A stretch of DNA of 64,000 nt from Leptogorgia sarmentosa. Lineage: Eukaryota. Positions 12,901-28,300 of this stretch are shown in pieces. The stretch's first letter is position 1, and each line of letters starts with the position of its first letter. Below the pieces are notes generated by a model that was not told the DNA's origin, ran no database searches, and worked only from the letters and a program-made list of their open reading frames with translations. A program made the position numbers and the translations under genes. The stretch is taken from contig OZ210885.1 in NCBI GenBank assembly GCA_964658305.1, positions 11,594,001 to 11,658,000 of the forward strand. Reading direction: 5' to 3'.

Positions 12901-15900
12901 AAGGTTGAGATTTGCTACTAAAACAGACGTATCTGGTTTTCCCAGGAAATCATTTTACTACAGCTAAGTTGTAAAACTGCTGTTCCTGGCATCAAACACA
13001 AAAAGAATTAGTGAACATGGTCCAATCACACGATGCGATGCCATTTGTAAATTTCACAAACCCATACCCTCTACCATAGCTACATTGTTGTCAAATTGTA
13101 TGCATTGTACAGGGCATCCATACCAGTGGTACTGTTGGTAAAACTTGGTTACAGATCGCGAAAGTTAGAACCGTAAAGCAAGGGCCATGTACGCCAGTGG
13201 GCTTCGCTTCAAAATAATGAAAATATACTTTGTTTTCAAATGTAGTCGATTATATACAAGTTGTAACCTGTTCTACAGTACGACAGGTTACAGGTACGAG
13301 TTCAGTAAAATGGTCGAAATGTGCGACGGATTACAAACGAGCTCTCTTTCTCTCCAACACGTTTCATACCTGTTGCGACAACACATGTCACCCGATCTGT
13401 ATGGCCAACCAAACTGGCCTCAAAATTTAGTGTATCGGCTTTCCACAACTTGATAGTCTTGTCTTCATCTCCAACAGTAGCAATGAACTGTCCATCTTTG
13501 GTCGTAAACAGCGGCATGACTTCCTCAGGAATACTTGTTGAGAGGTTTTCTCCAGTAGATACACAATACACTTTCAGGCCTACAACGCATGATGGATACT
13601 CGTCAGACTGATGTTTCAATAATGTCTAACCCTAGACGATTTTGTGAAATCTTGTTTTTAATTGTGTTCCTCTCCGGCGCTGAACATGCTCTGGCTGTTA
13701 CTGGCTTATGTTTTTACACTGCGTTTCACTGCGCTCTACACGACGTTTACAGTTAACCGCTGGTTTGAAGATACGCAGTCGCTGGAATCCTTAAACCAGC
13801 TGTCGCAATTATTGTTTGTCATGTTTGAATATGAACAATTTGTACTTTTGGCGAAGGTTGAGATTTGCTACTAAAACAGACGTATCTGGTTTTCCCAGGA
13901 AATCATTTTACTACAGCTACGTTGTAAAACTGCTGTTCCTGGCATCAAACACAAAAAGAATTAGTGAACATGGTCCAATCACACGATGCGATGCCATTTG
14001 TAAATTTCACAAACCCATACCCTCTACCATAGCTACATTGTTGTCAAATTGTATGCATTGTACAGGGCATCCATACCAGTGGTACTGTTGGTAAAACTTG
14101 GTTACAGATCGCGAAAGTTAGAACCGTAAAGCAAGGGCCATGTACGCCAGTGGGCTTCGCTTCAAAATAATGAAAATATACTTTGTTTTCAAATGTAGTC
14201 GATTATATACAAGTTGTAACCTGTTCTACAGTACGACAGGTTACAGGTACGAGTTCAGTAAAATGGTCGAAATGTGCGACGGATTACAAACGAGCTCTCT
14301 TTCTCTCCAACACGTTTCCGAAAGTTGAAATACAAATTTTTATAAATCTTTTTTTTTCACTGAGTATATACCGCACGAAATAAAGACAAACACCGTTGAA
14401 ATCCTAATAAAATGATCTTTCGAACGGTGGGTCGCATGGTAGTTAAAACACAACACACAAAAAAATAAAGATTGATCGTCGGAAACGTAAGGCATATTAG
14501 CATCTATCTGAGAAAAACAGAGTCCAATATGTTGAATTCCATGTCCTTATTTCTCCTTGAAGCCGCATAGTCATGAAACCTGTTTTATGAAACTTCATCT
14601 TTCCTTAACGAAGACCTTTTTACCTATACCCTTGTAAAAAGGTAGAAATATAAAATTTTCTACCGCGATTTTATTGGTACTACTCCGAAGAACTAAAAAT
14701 CAGTGGTTGCAGAGTTATGGTCGAACTAAAGGTCGAAAATATGCATCTAAGTATTGTGGGTCACATTTTGCTGCGATGTATATTTCAATGGCTTCAAGTC
14801 AATACATTTTCCTATTGCATTATATATATATATGAACATTGCTTCGATATATAGAGTTTTTTTACGCTGAATAACAAAGAGTGTATTTTTGTCCTTGTTG
14901 GGTGCGTAAAACTAGAGATACGGCAGCCAATTATAGTCATAGGAAGAATTCGACCTAAATTAATATAGCGTTCGGGAGAAAGAGTACTTTTCGTAAGAAA
15001 CGGGAGTAACCTAGAATGTATTAACGATTATGCTGCATGAAACTGAGGAAATGCTTCTGAATTTCACATATTCGCTACGAAGCACAAGTTGAATATATAC
15101 AGTGAATATTTAACTCAATGTGATGACTGCGTCGCTAATTAGAGTGTACTCCCACTCAAATATGGAACGTTACGTGAAACCCAAGAACTGAAACGATATG
15201 CATCAATCCGCTTCATAAACGTTCTTGTATTAAAATGTGAATTTTATTTATATTTTTTTAGTAAATAGCGATGTACACAGTGGCGTAACTACTAGGGGCC
15301 CAACCTGGCCGGGGGCCCTGGGAAGAGGTTTCTTCAGGGCCGTGCCTAATGTCAAATTCAAACAATTTTTATTGAAACTGAAGATGCAAAAAAAGTTCGA
15401 AGTTAACAAAATGTTTGATATCATTCAGTAGCTAGCTGAAACAATTTTGTTGCCTTTTAAATTGTGCTTGGATGTTGACAGTATATTAATTGTTGTATAT
15501 TACAGTCAAACTTTTACTGTTGTCATTGTTTCTGCTTTATAGGAACTTATTTTAGTGTGCTTCTTTTTACGGAACGTTTTTGTCTTTTGGGTATAATTGA
15601 AGCAGAAGAGATGTTAAATAGCTATAATATGTTCGATAAGAAATAGCAGAATTAAAATGCATATCATATGCAGAATTCAGGAGAATATTTCGTAGAGTTA
15701 GCATAGTAAAAATGTGAAGCTAAGAGGTATAATAAAGAGGCCATCCACAACAGTTCAACCGAGGGCCGTCACTGGAGATTTACGCCATTGAATTTGCAAC
15801 GTAAAACAAACATTTTGTGAACGTACTTTCAAGTATTTTTATTTGAAGAAAAAATAATTATTTTAATTTAATAAAAGTATTCCAATATTCAATTTGGTAC

Positions 15901-18900
15901 CGGCGGGGTAACATATTTCCGAAAGTATGATCATTTGCGGAGTTATTTGACAAACATAATATGAAAAGGATTTAATTTTTTCTCCAATGGCATCGTTGCT
16001 GGTGTTGCTTCAGAACCGTTAAATCCGTACACGTCAGCAAAATCTTATTTCTTATCGAAACTCGCGCACTTTAATACTAACTTTTAAGCAGAGCGGAAGT
16101 CGAGAAAACGTTTATGCAAATTTTCGTTTACCTATTCTGAACAACATTTTGATATCCTTGTTTGATTTGTGTTTAAGATGCTTACCATCGTCTGTTCCAA
16201 TAAACACTCGCTGATCATCTGCACTGAAATCCAGGGCATTAACTCTGAGACTCTTCGATTGGAACACAAAAAGCTGTTCATAATTATCCATTCTCCAAAG
16301 GATTGTACTTCCGTCCCACGACCCCGACGCTAGTATTGTTCCACTTTGTGACACAGCCAAACAGCTAACTCTCGCAGAATGTCCCAGTAGTTGTTGAACT
16401 TCTCTACCTGTTTATAAAATAAGATAGCACGCACAAAAAATGGTGTAATAGATCATTTTCACTCATAATCGTTACTACACTGGAAGTATTGTTCAAAACA
16501 CTGCGGCGATAAAATAAATGATTGAGACAAGTAACTATAACATTAACTAACCCATCAGCTACACTCTGTTTACACCGCTTACTTTCATTTTTACTATTAC
16601 GTAGCTACAGCAACTTAAACAGCAATGTAAGTGATAGACAAACACCGAAACGATTGTTAATACTAAAAACAAAATAACAGCAATTATAAACTGTAACAGA
16701 ATTAACTGTGGCGTTTTTCACAGGCGTGTGTTTTTATTCGTTAATTCTTGGGATTTCATAAAGGTATGCCCTCATCTTTGTTGTGCAAGTCCATAGATAT
16801 AGGTATCGAGTCAACTGGGGTTGATTGCGAATTCTACTATAATATAAGTGTGCGAAATATTTTTGTGACGTCTTCAACGCTTGGGTAAGATTCGCTACTG
16901 GTCCCCGTTGGCTCAATAACTAAAGTGGTAGAGTAACGGTCAAGTAACCTATACACGTAATCTATTGCTGTTTTGATGTAACAAATTATATATTCGTTTA
17001 TTATATCGTAAATTTCACGAGAACATACTATACAAACATGGGTTTAATTGTAGAGCAACCACACTTATGGCTGTTTTCCAATGCCGAACAGTTTACTGAA
17101 ATTTATAATAAATTTACTACTGTTTAGATGAAATTTAGTGGCTGGTGTTGGTGGTAGAACAGAAAGTAGATAATTGGAAAGCATGAATGAGGCCATAAAC
17201 AGGAAATGTTCTATACAGCGAATACCAATGATTGCACAGGAATGTTGTCCTACTTATATTTGTAATTACTGAACTTTCACATTTTAAAATTGGCAGATAT
17301 CATTTATGCACACGATTTCTTAATAATTGTATGTTTTATTGTTTAGAAGAAATAATATGTCACCCTGTCCGAATTAGTTTTTATAGTTTGATTAATATGT
17401 TGCAGACAAAAGCATTCCCTCCAGTCATTTGTGAGATTTTTTTTATTTTTTACCCAGTAAACATTGATCCTGTTCAAGGAATGACTGAATTAATTTTTAT
17501 CCCAGCGTAAATCTGGACGAACATGTCTCTTCAAGTATCTAATCCAAATTTCAAATATCATCATATGACGACGACTGCCGTACATGATTGGCTAATTTTC
17601 TAATGAATTATTAATTACTTTGAGTGTAAACCTTTGTTCCCTCACCCATATCAACTGCATATTAACTATATTCTCATTTCAATTGAATAACCAAGATCAA
17701 AGCTTTTGTTTAGCTAAAAAGGCATGTATGAATATGTTTAAAATATAATGATAATATATACGCTATAATTCAATTTGTCTGCTTCCAAAACTGAAACTTT
17801 TCTCAAAAACCGGGGCAGTGGGCTACAGGTCTAATTATCCGTGTAACGAAATGAGATTTGGATGGCGTGATATTATTAATACTTACTTATTTGCGCGAAA
17901 TATGACGTGTGTATACAGTGGTTTATTTTACACTGCACCAATATAGCTTTTTTTTATTTTATCAAACTGTCATCAGGCATTTCTGTCATTCCTAATAGAA
18001 AGACAACTGCATTGTGCCTATGTTAAAAAATGATGTCATAGCAATTTTGTAGCAGAGGATTAGGGACCTTAAGATCTACAACGTGACCAACTCGACGACG
18101 AGCTTTCCAAACAAACAAATTTTTATGTTGAACAAAAACCAAGCATAAATTGTGGTATCAACGGCTTTTTTGTTATCAACGCAACGTTAAGCCAAGCATT
18201 ATAACGTCTTCAAAGCAACGTGAAGGCTGATTACAACGTGAGAGCTGTAAATTCAAGTTGATAACACAGCAACGATCGCATTGCTTTAGCTAAACCTGTG
18301 TAGCTGTTTCTTGAAAAAATTCCAACATCTATTTAAAGCATAAAAAGGTCAGCACTCATTTTCAAGCTGAAATTTAGACCCCGCGTCGTCGAGATTGTGG
18401 CGTTTTACATCTTAAGGTCCCTACTATCAATTATTGGACGACGTCGCACGAAATACCGCGAGTTATCGTTGGCGAGCGGATCAATTATTTGCCGATTCCG
18501 AAAAGAGAAGCACGTAAGTAATCTGAGAACAACCGATATATAACTGAAGCAAAGCATAGCCACATTGCCTAGAGTGATGCGAAGCATAATGGGACGAGCC
18601 CTGAGGCCATTGGCCAGTGAGGTCCATGAGATTATAGCGCCGTAAATTTCCGATGTAATCAACTACTGTACAAATGACAGCACGAAAGTTAAACATGTAC
18701 TTTACTAAACTTTTTATCTATTTAGTTCATTATCAGCGCTAACAAAAAGAATTGAAGCTGAAGGCTAGTACAACGTTTCTTGACAAGGGGTGATTTTGCA
18801 CTGCAAAGTTTTGTTGATGAATAACGTCACCCGAGTGGCTTTGCGAAATTGAGAGCGATTTAAAATTTGCTCAGTTTTTTTATACACGTATATCGCGCAG

Positions 18901-19363
18901 CCGCTCAACTTGCATAACTCAGAACTGATGATTCTTACAAATGTGAGTGAGGATACGGTTGCAGATATAATTACAATTACAAGCAGAGGCGGCATTGAAT
19001 CTGTGTTTTATCCCTTTTCCGGACAGACGATCGGTCAAAAGAAGAAAAAAAACTATTGAAAACCCCAAACCTTGCCATTAGTTTTATCCATAGTACGTTA
19101 ACCACACGGCTACCTACCTGTGTCAAGGTCAAAGATTGTGATTGAACCATTCTCTAAACCACAAATTACAAGAGTAGCGGATGAGGTGTTGCACGTCGCT
19201 AATGACCATACGCTGGAATCAAACGTTTTTCGAAAGATCTCTGGACCTCCAAGATCTAAACATGAGAATTCCGGGATAAGACGGCAAGTCTCCGTGCATG
19301 TTGCACGGAGTTGCTCTAATAGCGTCTTTATCCCCGGAAACTCTTCATAAGATAGCAGTCTGC
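921..19363 (-). CDS. WD40-repeat exons of the STAND gene
   Basis: Examples: LGHSARVSCLAVSQSGTILASGSWDGSTILW, GHTDRVTCV, SHDSTIKIWD, DHSNDITDI...SASKDGTFKVWN, AHEDAI...SGSIGGSVKLWN. Confidence 0.9.
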
Positions 19364-22300
19364 CTGGAAAACAAAAATACACAACATTATTAACGCACGT
19401 AACAAAATCATAACATTTAAAATAGCGTATATAAAGATTAAGACAATTTTTTGACCGGAAAAAATTAAGATTGAAAAACTAACGGGTCTATCTGATTATA
19501 CTATATATATATCTGTTTCTTGATTATTAACACAATAGGTTCTTAAAATTAATCATATGAGTCCCTTTCTAATTTGTAAAGGAAGTTTTTCATTGTTTTA
19601 ACAAAATTTTCGTTCCCCTTCAGTGACTTTCATATAAAGGGGACATAAAGTAATATCAAAATTTTGAAAATGAGACACTAAAAAAACGTTTTTGAAAGAT
19701 TTGCAATTGTTGAAAATGATGTTGTATTCTGTTTTATATTGTGACAGTAAAAAGAAAAGTAATTTATTTTATGATAACGGAACGAGTATTTATGAAATGA
19801 TTTATTTCCGCATATGTTACACTGACGAGGCTTAATTCTGCAATATACCAGCAGTTGTCATGCTTAGTTGCTAGTTACAATTATTGACGTCAGAACCAAC
19901 GATTAACAGAGTATAGTATGCATGTGTTCTTGATTAAGTTAGCAGTGTTCTTTACGACGGGAAGGATATGCAACATGTGCGGTTATGCATAAAGTCCATA
20001 AATATCGACTTCAGCTATGGGAAGAATAATCTTTCTTTTGTCGTGTCTTCAAAAAAATCTTGGAAGTTTTAATTGTTTAACATAGTCATTTTCGGGAAGA
20101 TGAGATCACAGACATATTTACGATCGTGCTATAGTTCTCTTATCTGATCATCGGTGGCTGACAGTTGATAGTTGAAGTACAGATGAAATACTGCATAACA
20201 GGTAGCAGGGATGCCGGAACCACGGGTGCAGTGGGTGCAGTTGCACCCGTTGCCTCCGTGCACTACGGGTGCACAACGGGTGCAGTCACTGCAAAAATTT
20301 TCTGGGGGAGAATCCCCCCAGACCCCCCTTCAGGGTGTTCGCGGCTTCGCCATGAACACCGCTTGCCTACTACAATTGGTCACCGCACGCCACTGGTGCA
20401 GTGAAGGTGCCGTGGAACAGGTTTGACCGAAACAAAATATTTATATGAACCATGATATATTGACTTAGTGTTCTAGTACAACCGCGCATAATTCTATGTA
20501 CAGGATTCTCACGAATGTGTCCAGGGATGCTTACAAATTGCATGTTTGCAGCAATTCACAAGCAAAGAATTGACGACGTTAATGCAAAGAAGTTAACAGC
20601 AGACTTTATTTCAAGGTCTTCTCAAAGGAATGACTACTTTGGACAGCCACATTAAACTATCTTACCGTCTTACGCAGAACGCACAGTGAGCACGAAATAA
20701 CTTTATGCATGAAAGACTATGTGCCTCAATGTATAGTAATAGTTTAAATTTTGTTTCAAATCAATAAAAGTTATTAACTTGTGTCATAGGTTTTTAAGTG
20801 CCCTTTTATATATTTGGTTGTGCCCTTTTGTCAAAAATATGCCCTTTTGATAACAAATTGCACCCGTTCCCTTGAATAACTTCCGGCATCCCTGACAGGT
20901 AGCCTTATAGCTTTTATATACTGCTGTTCTGATTGACCTAGCTTCTGAGAAAATTCAACAAAATTAATGTCATGGTTTCATGGAGGTGATCTGATCTGCG
21001 ATCAGACACGCGTGTCTGGGGGTAATTCCACGCAAAATTTTGGCTTCAATTTTTTCGTTCCCGTTAATATGAAGGTAGCCTTCCAGTTATATATAGTTCA
21101 ATGGACTCCGCTATGCTGCCCATTACCCGGGTGCAAATAGCCGTGCGGAATTATTACCCTCGCCCCGGGCTAACGCCCGGAACGTGCTTCGCGCCGTGGC
21201 TCGGGGATTATTCGATTCGGCTTTCGCATGATATCAAGAATTATTCAGACCTCGGTCAATGTTATACGCCTCAGTTTCGCTTCGGCAGATAACATTGACC
21301 TTGGTCTGAATAATTCTTGATATCATGCTCAGCCTCATCCAATAATTGTTTATTATATAACAAAATTACGATATTATTTCTTTGAAGAGTTTTGATTGGT
21401 TAAGAGCTGTGTATGAAATGGTCATATCCGTTCGCCAAAAAACCTATATGACATTTGGTCGTAATTTTCTCGTATATTGAAAACTCACATACGACATTAA
21501 TTTCAAAAATCTCGTCTACAATGGGAATTGTCTATAATATTGTTGAATTCGGCTCTCGTAGGAAATGCGGAATTATCAGCTCTTTGCGTCTGCAGATAAC
21601 ACAAATCTCTGCTTCAATAATTGAACATTAATACTAGACGAATTTTCAAAACCTTTCATTTCTTCGTCGCGATTCAGTGATTTTCACATAATGGGGCCAT
21701 AGGAAAATTCAGTTTGAGAATCGAGTAGATTTCGTGCGAATATCAAAGTTGGCTTTTAAAAAATTCCTAATGTAAGACATACATAAATGGTGTCAGCCCG
21801 TTTATTTTCTTATAAGCCAGCGAGGAATCTCGAACCGTCGAGTCGCTCTTCTCTGCAATCCATAATACCTTTGAAGTATATTTCAACCGCACGATTGTTT
21901 CAGGGAACTCAATTACATCGTTACTGGTTCTATTATCGCACAACATGAAACTTCGGTCAAGCTTCATTGATAGTTTATGGTTGTGTAAAGCCAGGTTAAG
22001 GTGAAGTGATTAGTGCACTGTTTGCCAGACTTGGGCAGATGTTTTCCTTTACCCGAAGATGAGTACATTATGGAATACCCATGATTACGCCGGGTTGGTT
22101 TTTTATATTCAGTCTGTATCCAAATAATACAGGTTCTGGTTGCGCGTGACGCAATGTAAGACAAGACAAGGGAAGGGAAGGTTAGGGGGTGTTTATATGG
22201 AGGCGAGCTAGCCCGGGTAGCCGGGCTGGCTCGCTTAAGCGAGACCTAATGTCATAATATAATTTATAGTAATGTTCATCTTGCGTTTATATGGGAACCG

Positions 22301-25300
22301 GGCTGGCCCGCCTAGGCGAGATCTAGCTTTGCGAAAGCGGGATCCCGCCTAGGCGGGCTGGAAAATTTCCATATAAACGCAATTACCCGGGCTGGCTCGC
22401 CTAAGCGGGCTGGGTCTTATTTCGCTTTTCGAGCAAATATACTGATACAAATTAGATTTTTTCGACATATTTCAATCTTAAAAGGTCTCGGTAAACGATT
22501 TTGTGAATTATAACTGGGAAATTAGCTTTCAAAAGTGTGCATTTCCCGTTTGTAAGAAAATATTGCTATTTATAACGATGAGACCAGTAGTTTGTTTTGG
22601 CGAGTCAGCCCGCCTCGAAAGTAAACGCGAGATGAAATCAGCTCGCCTAAGCGGGCTAGCTCGGGTACCCGGGCTGGCTCGCCTCCATATAAACACCCCC
22701 TAAGACAACGTAAGAATTGTGCACGTAAGGGAAAATTACGGAGCAACAAAGGCCAAGAAAGAACATTCCATAGCAAGCTGAGGCATACAATCCTGGACAA
22801 AAGTTGTTGTAAATCCAACTCTTTTCTCCAGAATTCAATGTTGACACGTGAAATCGCAACAAAACATTGCAGGGCATTAGCAAACACGACGCGAAGCCAG
22901 CGAGGACGTGAAAATGGCGTGGCATGAGGGATTTTTTACTTCCGGTTGAGTCTAGGACGTCGCACATGTTCTGTTGAGGACGGTATTTGGGCTGTTTTCA
23001 CCTCCTCTCCAGAACGTCGCATATGAATGCTTGTTTTGAAACATATTTCCCTTGCTATTTCTGAATTTTATTTTGATTGACAAGCGTACGTCTAAATAAC
23101 TCAACGGGTTTTAGCTGCGTTAATTCTTAGCAAGCATTTTAATCAGCGCCGGAAAGACCAATAAAACTGTCTTTCCAAAGAAACTCATTAAGTGTTACTC
23201 AAAAATCTTCAGAAAAATCTTCTAGCTCGCTTTTTGCCTAGTTTATGACAGTTTTGCCCAGATCCTGAACCCGAAAAAGAAAAGTCGGGAAAATATTGGG
23301 AAAATGTTTTAACTTTAAATCACTATAGCACGAATAAGCGTCGAACTGGGGCCTGAACTATAAAACTGCGACAGATGCATCGTGCGCCTAACCGTCTGAG
23401 CAAATTTCGAGCTCGCTGAAATTCTTCGAAAACAAAACTATTTATAGTGGAAATGTATTATGTAACATTCAAATGTGAGCAGGGAAGGTAATGACCGTTT
23501 TGGAAGCCAACGACCGTTTATAAAAACGAAATAAGCAGCGGCTTACAACAACATTGATTTTGGGGGGGGGGGGGAGTTACAACGCTTTTGTTCAAGATTG
23601 AATCTTGAACAAACGTTGTTGTAAACCAACGTTCGACCCCCCCCCCCCCAATTCAATGTTGCTACGTGAAATCTCCCACCTTGATTTTGGGGCTGTTACA
23701 ATTTTTTTCCCACGACTGTAGCATGGGGGAAAGAATGGAATGGTAATGATAATGCAAAAGTAAACTAAACTATAGAAAAAGTTGATAAAATAAAGTTCAT
23801 TATTTTATTACCTAGCAGTTGTGGACAGATTGAATCAGCATTCTTCTCGATAACGTGGGAAGAAAACATTAACGATGATTTGAGGAGTTGGGTTTCCTGT
23901 GACAATGTGCCCAAAAAACGAAAATCTGATACTACGGAGGGTACATCAATGTGTTTCACTTTTTGTTGAAGCCAGTTTAAATCGAAGAACAGTTGAAGTA
24001 GTTCACCGTGTTGTTCTGAGGAGGAGATGTGATAGGGAAGGAACTTGAAGTAATAATCTTTTTGCGCGGTAGTTGAATTTTCATTCCATTCACCGTTCAC
24101 GCATTGGCCACGAAGTGTCTCCACAAACAAACGCTGAACACCAGTTAGTGACCCCGTGGCTTTAAGTTTTCTCCGGGCAAAATCCAGCAGTAAATCATGC
24201 ACACGGTAGCTTGTCTTCTCTTGAAGTTGAGGTCCTAAAAAAAGATTATTGGGACGTCAAGCATCAATCAGTTACTGACATTGGTGCATTAACAAGCGAT
24301 ATCCAACGGACAGTAGGTTTTCGTTTTTCTAAAACTGACTAATAAATAGTAATACAAACATAAAAACTGTTTTGCAACTTGACTTCTGACTTAAAGGACA
24401 GTTATTCAATGCACGACTTGCGGCTTAGAGTAATTTTAATGCGAGCGAGGATTTACTAAAACATGGCTTTCACATAAATTCAACTCGCTCGTGTACCTTT
24501 TTGAATCATGGATTTTCTTTCAAGAGCATCAAGTATACGTCTTGTTTTCCTAGGTTCACACGATGTTCTACCGGCTCCTTCCGCGGACCAAAACAGCTCC
24601 AGTACATCTGAAGGTATATTTGTATCTTCTGGAAATATACCAAAATCTAGGAACTTTTCTTGTTCCCATTGTTCTAAGCGTTCAAAGCTAATATTAATGG
24701 CTGTAACGATGTTATCATAAGGATAATCGTCGGTGGCAACCATTAAATGAAGTTCTTCCAAATCAGTAGTAAATCCATCTAAAATATCTTGCCAAGCCTG
24801 TTCCGACCGATTGCCGTTTAAATTTGAGCCAACAAGCGAGAGGGCCAGCGGCAGGTCTTTGCACTGTTTCAATAGTTCTTCAATAATTTGCTTCATTTTT
24901 GGACTAAAGCTAGGCAGTTCATCTTGGTTAATCCCAGCACTTCGAAAAAAGAGCTCTCGAGATTTATCCTGTTCCATTATATCGAGTTCGTAGACAAAAC
25001 CTTTTGAACCTCGGACAACATTGACATCTCTGGTAGTTATCAATAACTGACATTTTTCAGACAAGGTATCAAACACAGCAACGTCGTTAACATTCCAAAC
25101 ATCATCAAGAACTACAAGACATTCTTTATCGCTCTGCAATAGATAGAAAAATATTACATGTAAGATACTGTATGGTCTTTGCTGAGTGTCTTCACACTAG
25201 ACAGCCTGGAAATGACTTCACCGCAGTGCGACTATACCTTTCAGTTTATTAAAATTTTAGAGAGAGTTTAAAGAAACGCGCCACGTACATTATTAACTCC

Positions 25301-28300
25301 TATGCAAATCCGATTAAAGATATATTAAATAGTACTTTTAATTACTTTTAATTCAAGGGTTACACAGCGGAGCCAAGAACCTCGAACAGCCAAGCGAAAC
25401 AAGGATTAAATACAGGGCGTGTCAAAAAAAATTTAGTGTAGGAAATATTCCCTAAACTAACGTGCGTTTACGAAATCTGTGAAAACGTTGAGTTAACCTA
25501 TGCAGATTAACACCCTCTGGTACATCTCGCACTGAGTTTATTTAAATCTTTTTTCTTTCTTTTTCAGAGTAGGAAATGTGTTGCTGGAGAGCATTTTAAA
25601 AATAACTTGGGCACAAAAACTATTTTCTTCTCACGAATTTTGAGTCAATCGACTCAAAATATGGAGCATGTTGTACAAGTTATTAAAGTGTTGTTGAATT
25701 CGGTGCCCGCAGTGTTGTCACTGCGAGAACTGGATTATGCGCTGCTTCCTGCGTGATTACCGATTGACTTAATGCATAATTGGATATTAATTTATTTTCA
25801 ATGCAAATTCCAAGCTAATTCCCAAAGGTCTTAATTGCGCGAAGAAATCGCGTTAAATCCAGTTTTCGGACATCGCGCGTTCGCCTCAGCGAGTGCGTAA
25901 GTTACAAACCTCAACGAACGTGCATAAGTTACAAACCCATGTACGACCCAGCGGCCTCCAAGACAAGGTACGGGTAAAGTAATACCATATTATTTAAACA
26001 TTATACATGTTCCTTTTATAATAATCTAAATAATATGGTGATGCTTTAACCTTAAGCCTATTTTCACTCCATTATTTTGCGACAAAAATTGACAAGAATA
26101 TGATGTTTTATATTCATTCGCCACTGAAGAAAATTGTTCCACTTCTGTAGTTGTTGAAAATGTTCACTGTTGGCGCGAAAGAACGAGGAATTAGATTTGT
26201 CGGTGGCAAAATTATTCGCCTGCGGCGGCCAAATACGTGAGTGGAAAACGGGCTTTACGCGAGCTTGTCCAGAAAGAATAAAAATAAGGCTTGTTTGAAA
26301 TTGCCTTCGAACCCAAAAAATTCGAATGCATACATACTGTGTTCTTTTTAATCCAGTCTTGTGCTTCACGGATAACACTGAAAGGTTTTGCTCCACCAAG
26401 AACTTTTACTAAGATGTTAATCAGTGCTAAACAGTCAGGAGTTTCCCCAACATCAAGCCATATCACTTGACGTGAATCTGAAACTTTCCATGCGACAGCC
26501 AGAGCTAAGATGGTCTTACCCAGACCCCCCATACCACGGATACCAACGACGTCACCGCTGCGACTTCCCACCACACCAACTTTACTATTTCCCTCCGTAA
26601 GTAATTTCAATATCTCGTTCACTTCTGATGGTCTTCTCACCATGTCACGAGGTAGACTACGTAAACCATACCAGCCTAAGGTATAAAATAAACGAGTTAT
26701 GCTGGTTGAGTACAACTGAACTCAAAAAATGTATAATAAATGCACGGAGATTATTCATTCAAAAGATATCTCTTCACAAGTTTTTCAACAGTTCAACATG
26801 ACTTGATATACACATGCACGAAACGAACACCAGAACTACAAAACAAAACGCTGTCCTGTATTTAACATCGATTTTGGCAAAATATATCTTTCATGGTGAT
26901 TAGTACAAGAAATGTCCTAACTTTGGTTTTTCATTTCATAAACATGACTCATTCTAATACCTCAATGATGGAAATTAACCTCTAATACCTTTGATGGATG
27001 GAAATTGCTGAAAACATAAGGGTACACTAGAACACAACGCATAGTACAATTGGGCTCTCTCTGTTCCATCAGTTCTCATAATTTGTATATTTGAACTCTG
27101 AATTCGAGATCACATGACAATAAAAATAAACGAATTCGGTATTTTGACATAAATGGAAAAATGAAACTTAAATATCTGACATTGTCATTTAAAGCACTCC
27201 CGTTGCAGTTGAACTGGGTTGGCTCTTCACCAGCTTTTTTTATTTGGTTGACCACTGTTACCGCGCAGTCTCTTTTTTTCGCCTGACAGGAGGGGGAGAG
27301 TGTGTTTCAAAATTATTCGGAGGAACATCGGATTCCACGAAATTTGCAATGTTTTCATATCGTATTTCTTTTGCCATTTACTCAATCCAGCATATAATTG
27401 GCGACAAAGGAGAAACTGGGCGTTCGAATCCAGAATTGGAACCAGAATTTTTAATGAATTTCCTGACAGATCCAGATACTCAAAAGGTTAATTTTGCTGC
27501 ATAACATGTTTTGCATAAATACAGTTTAACTAAAGCATGGCTAAAAATATGCGACATGCAGTATTACGCAATGGGCATTCGGACTTTCAAAATGCTCGTA
27601 AATTTATAGTATGCAGCAACGCAAAATAGTATGTTTTCTTACATGCGAAGTATAAACATGGTAAATCGACTTGTAGCGAATCGAAAAAGCAAAATATTGT
27701 GATATTTAGAAGCCGATAAACCTTGTCCCCGAGCGATTCAAACGTATCCATGGATTGTAGCGTATTAGCCGCCATTAATCATCAATACTTATATACTTCA
27801 CTGAAAGAGAGCGGTGTTTTAGGATACATGAAATAGAAATTCCAACATGCGAAGCTTGATTTGTCAAGATGGGGTTTCGGCGGCTTCAACTAATATAAAA
27901 CCTATAAAAGGTTACGTATCTTTCCCTTGTCCAGCTTTACGTTTATGTTCGATAGTTATGGATATTTCAAGCAAAGCGAAGCACTTTGCCGAACATAAAC
28001 GTAAAGCTGGACAAGGGAAAGATACGTAACCTTTTATAGGTTTTATATTAGTTGAAGCCGCCGAAACCCGATCTTGACAAATCAAGCTTCGCATGTTGGA
28101 ATTTGTATTTCATGTATCCTAAAACACCGCTCTCTTTCAGTGAAGTATATAAGAATTGATGATTAATGGCGGCTAATACGCAAGGGCGTCAATCCTGGGG
28201 GGGATGGGGGGACGCGTCCCCCCCACTTTTTGAAGTGGGGGGGACGAATATCAAATTATCCCTCCCACTTTTTATCATATTTAAAAAAAATTGTTTTTTG

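Noticed and set aside
15278..15790. hAT-like MITE (cagtggcgtaa...ttacgccattg)
   Set aside because: Short TIR and flanks matching only 5 of 8; probably real but too decayed to delimit confidently.
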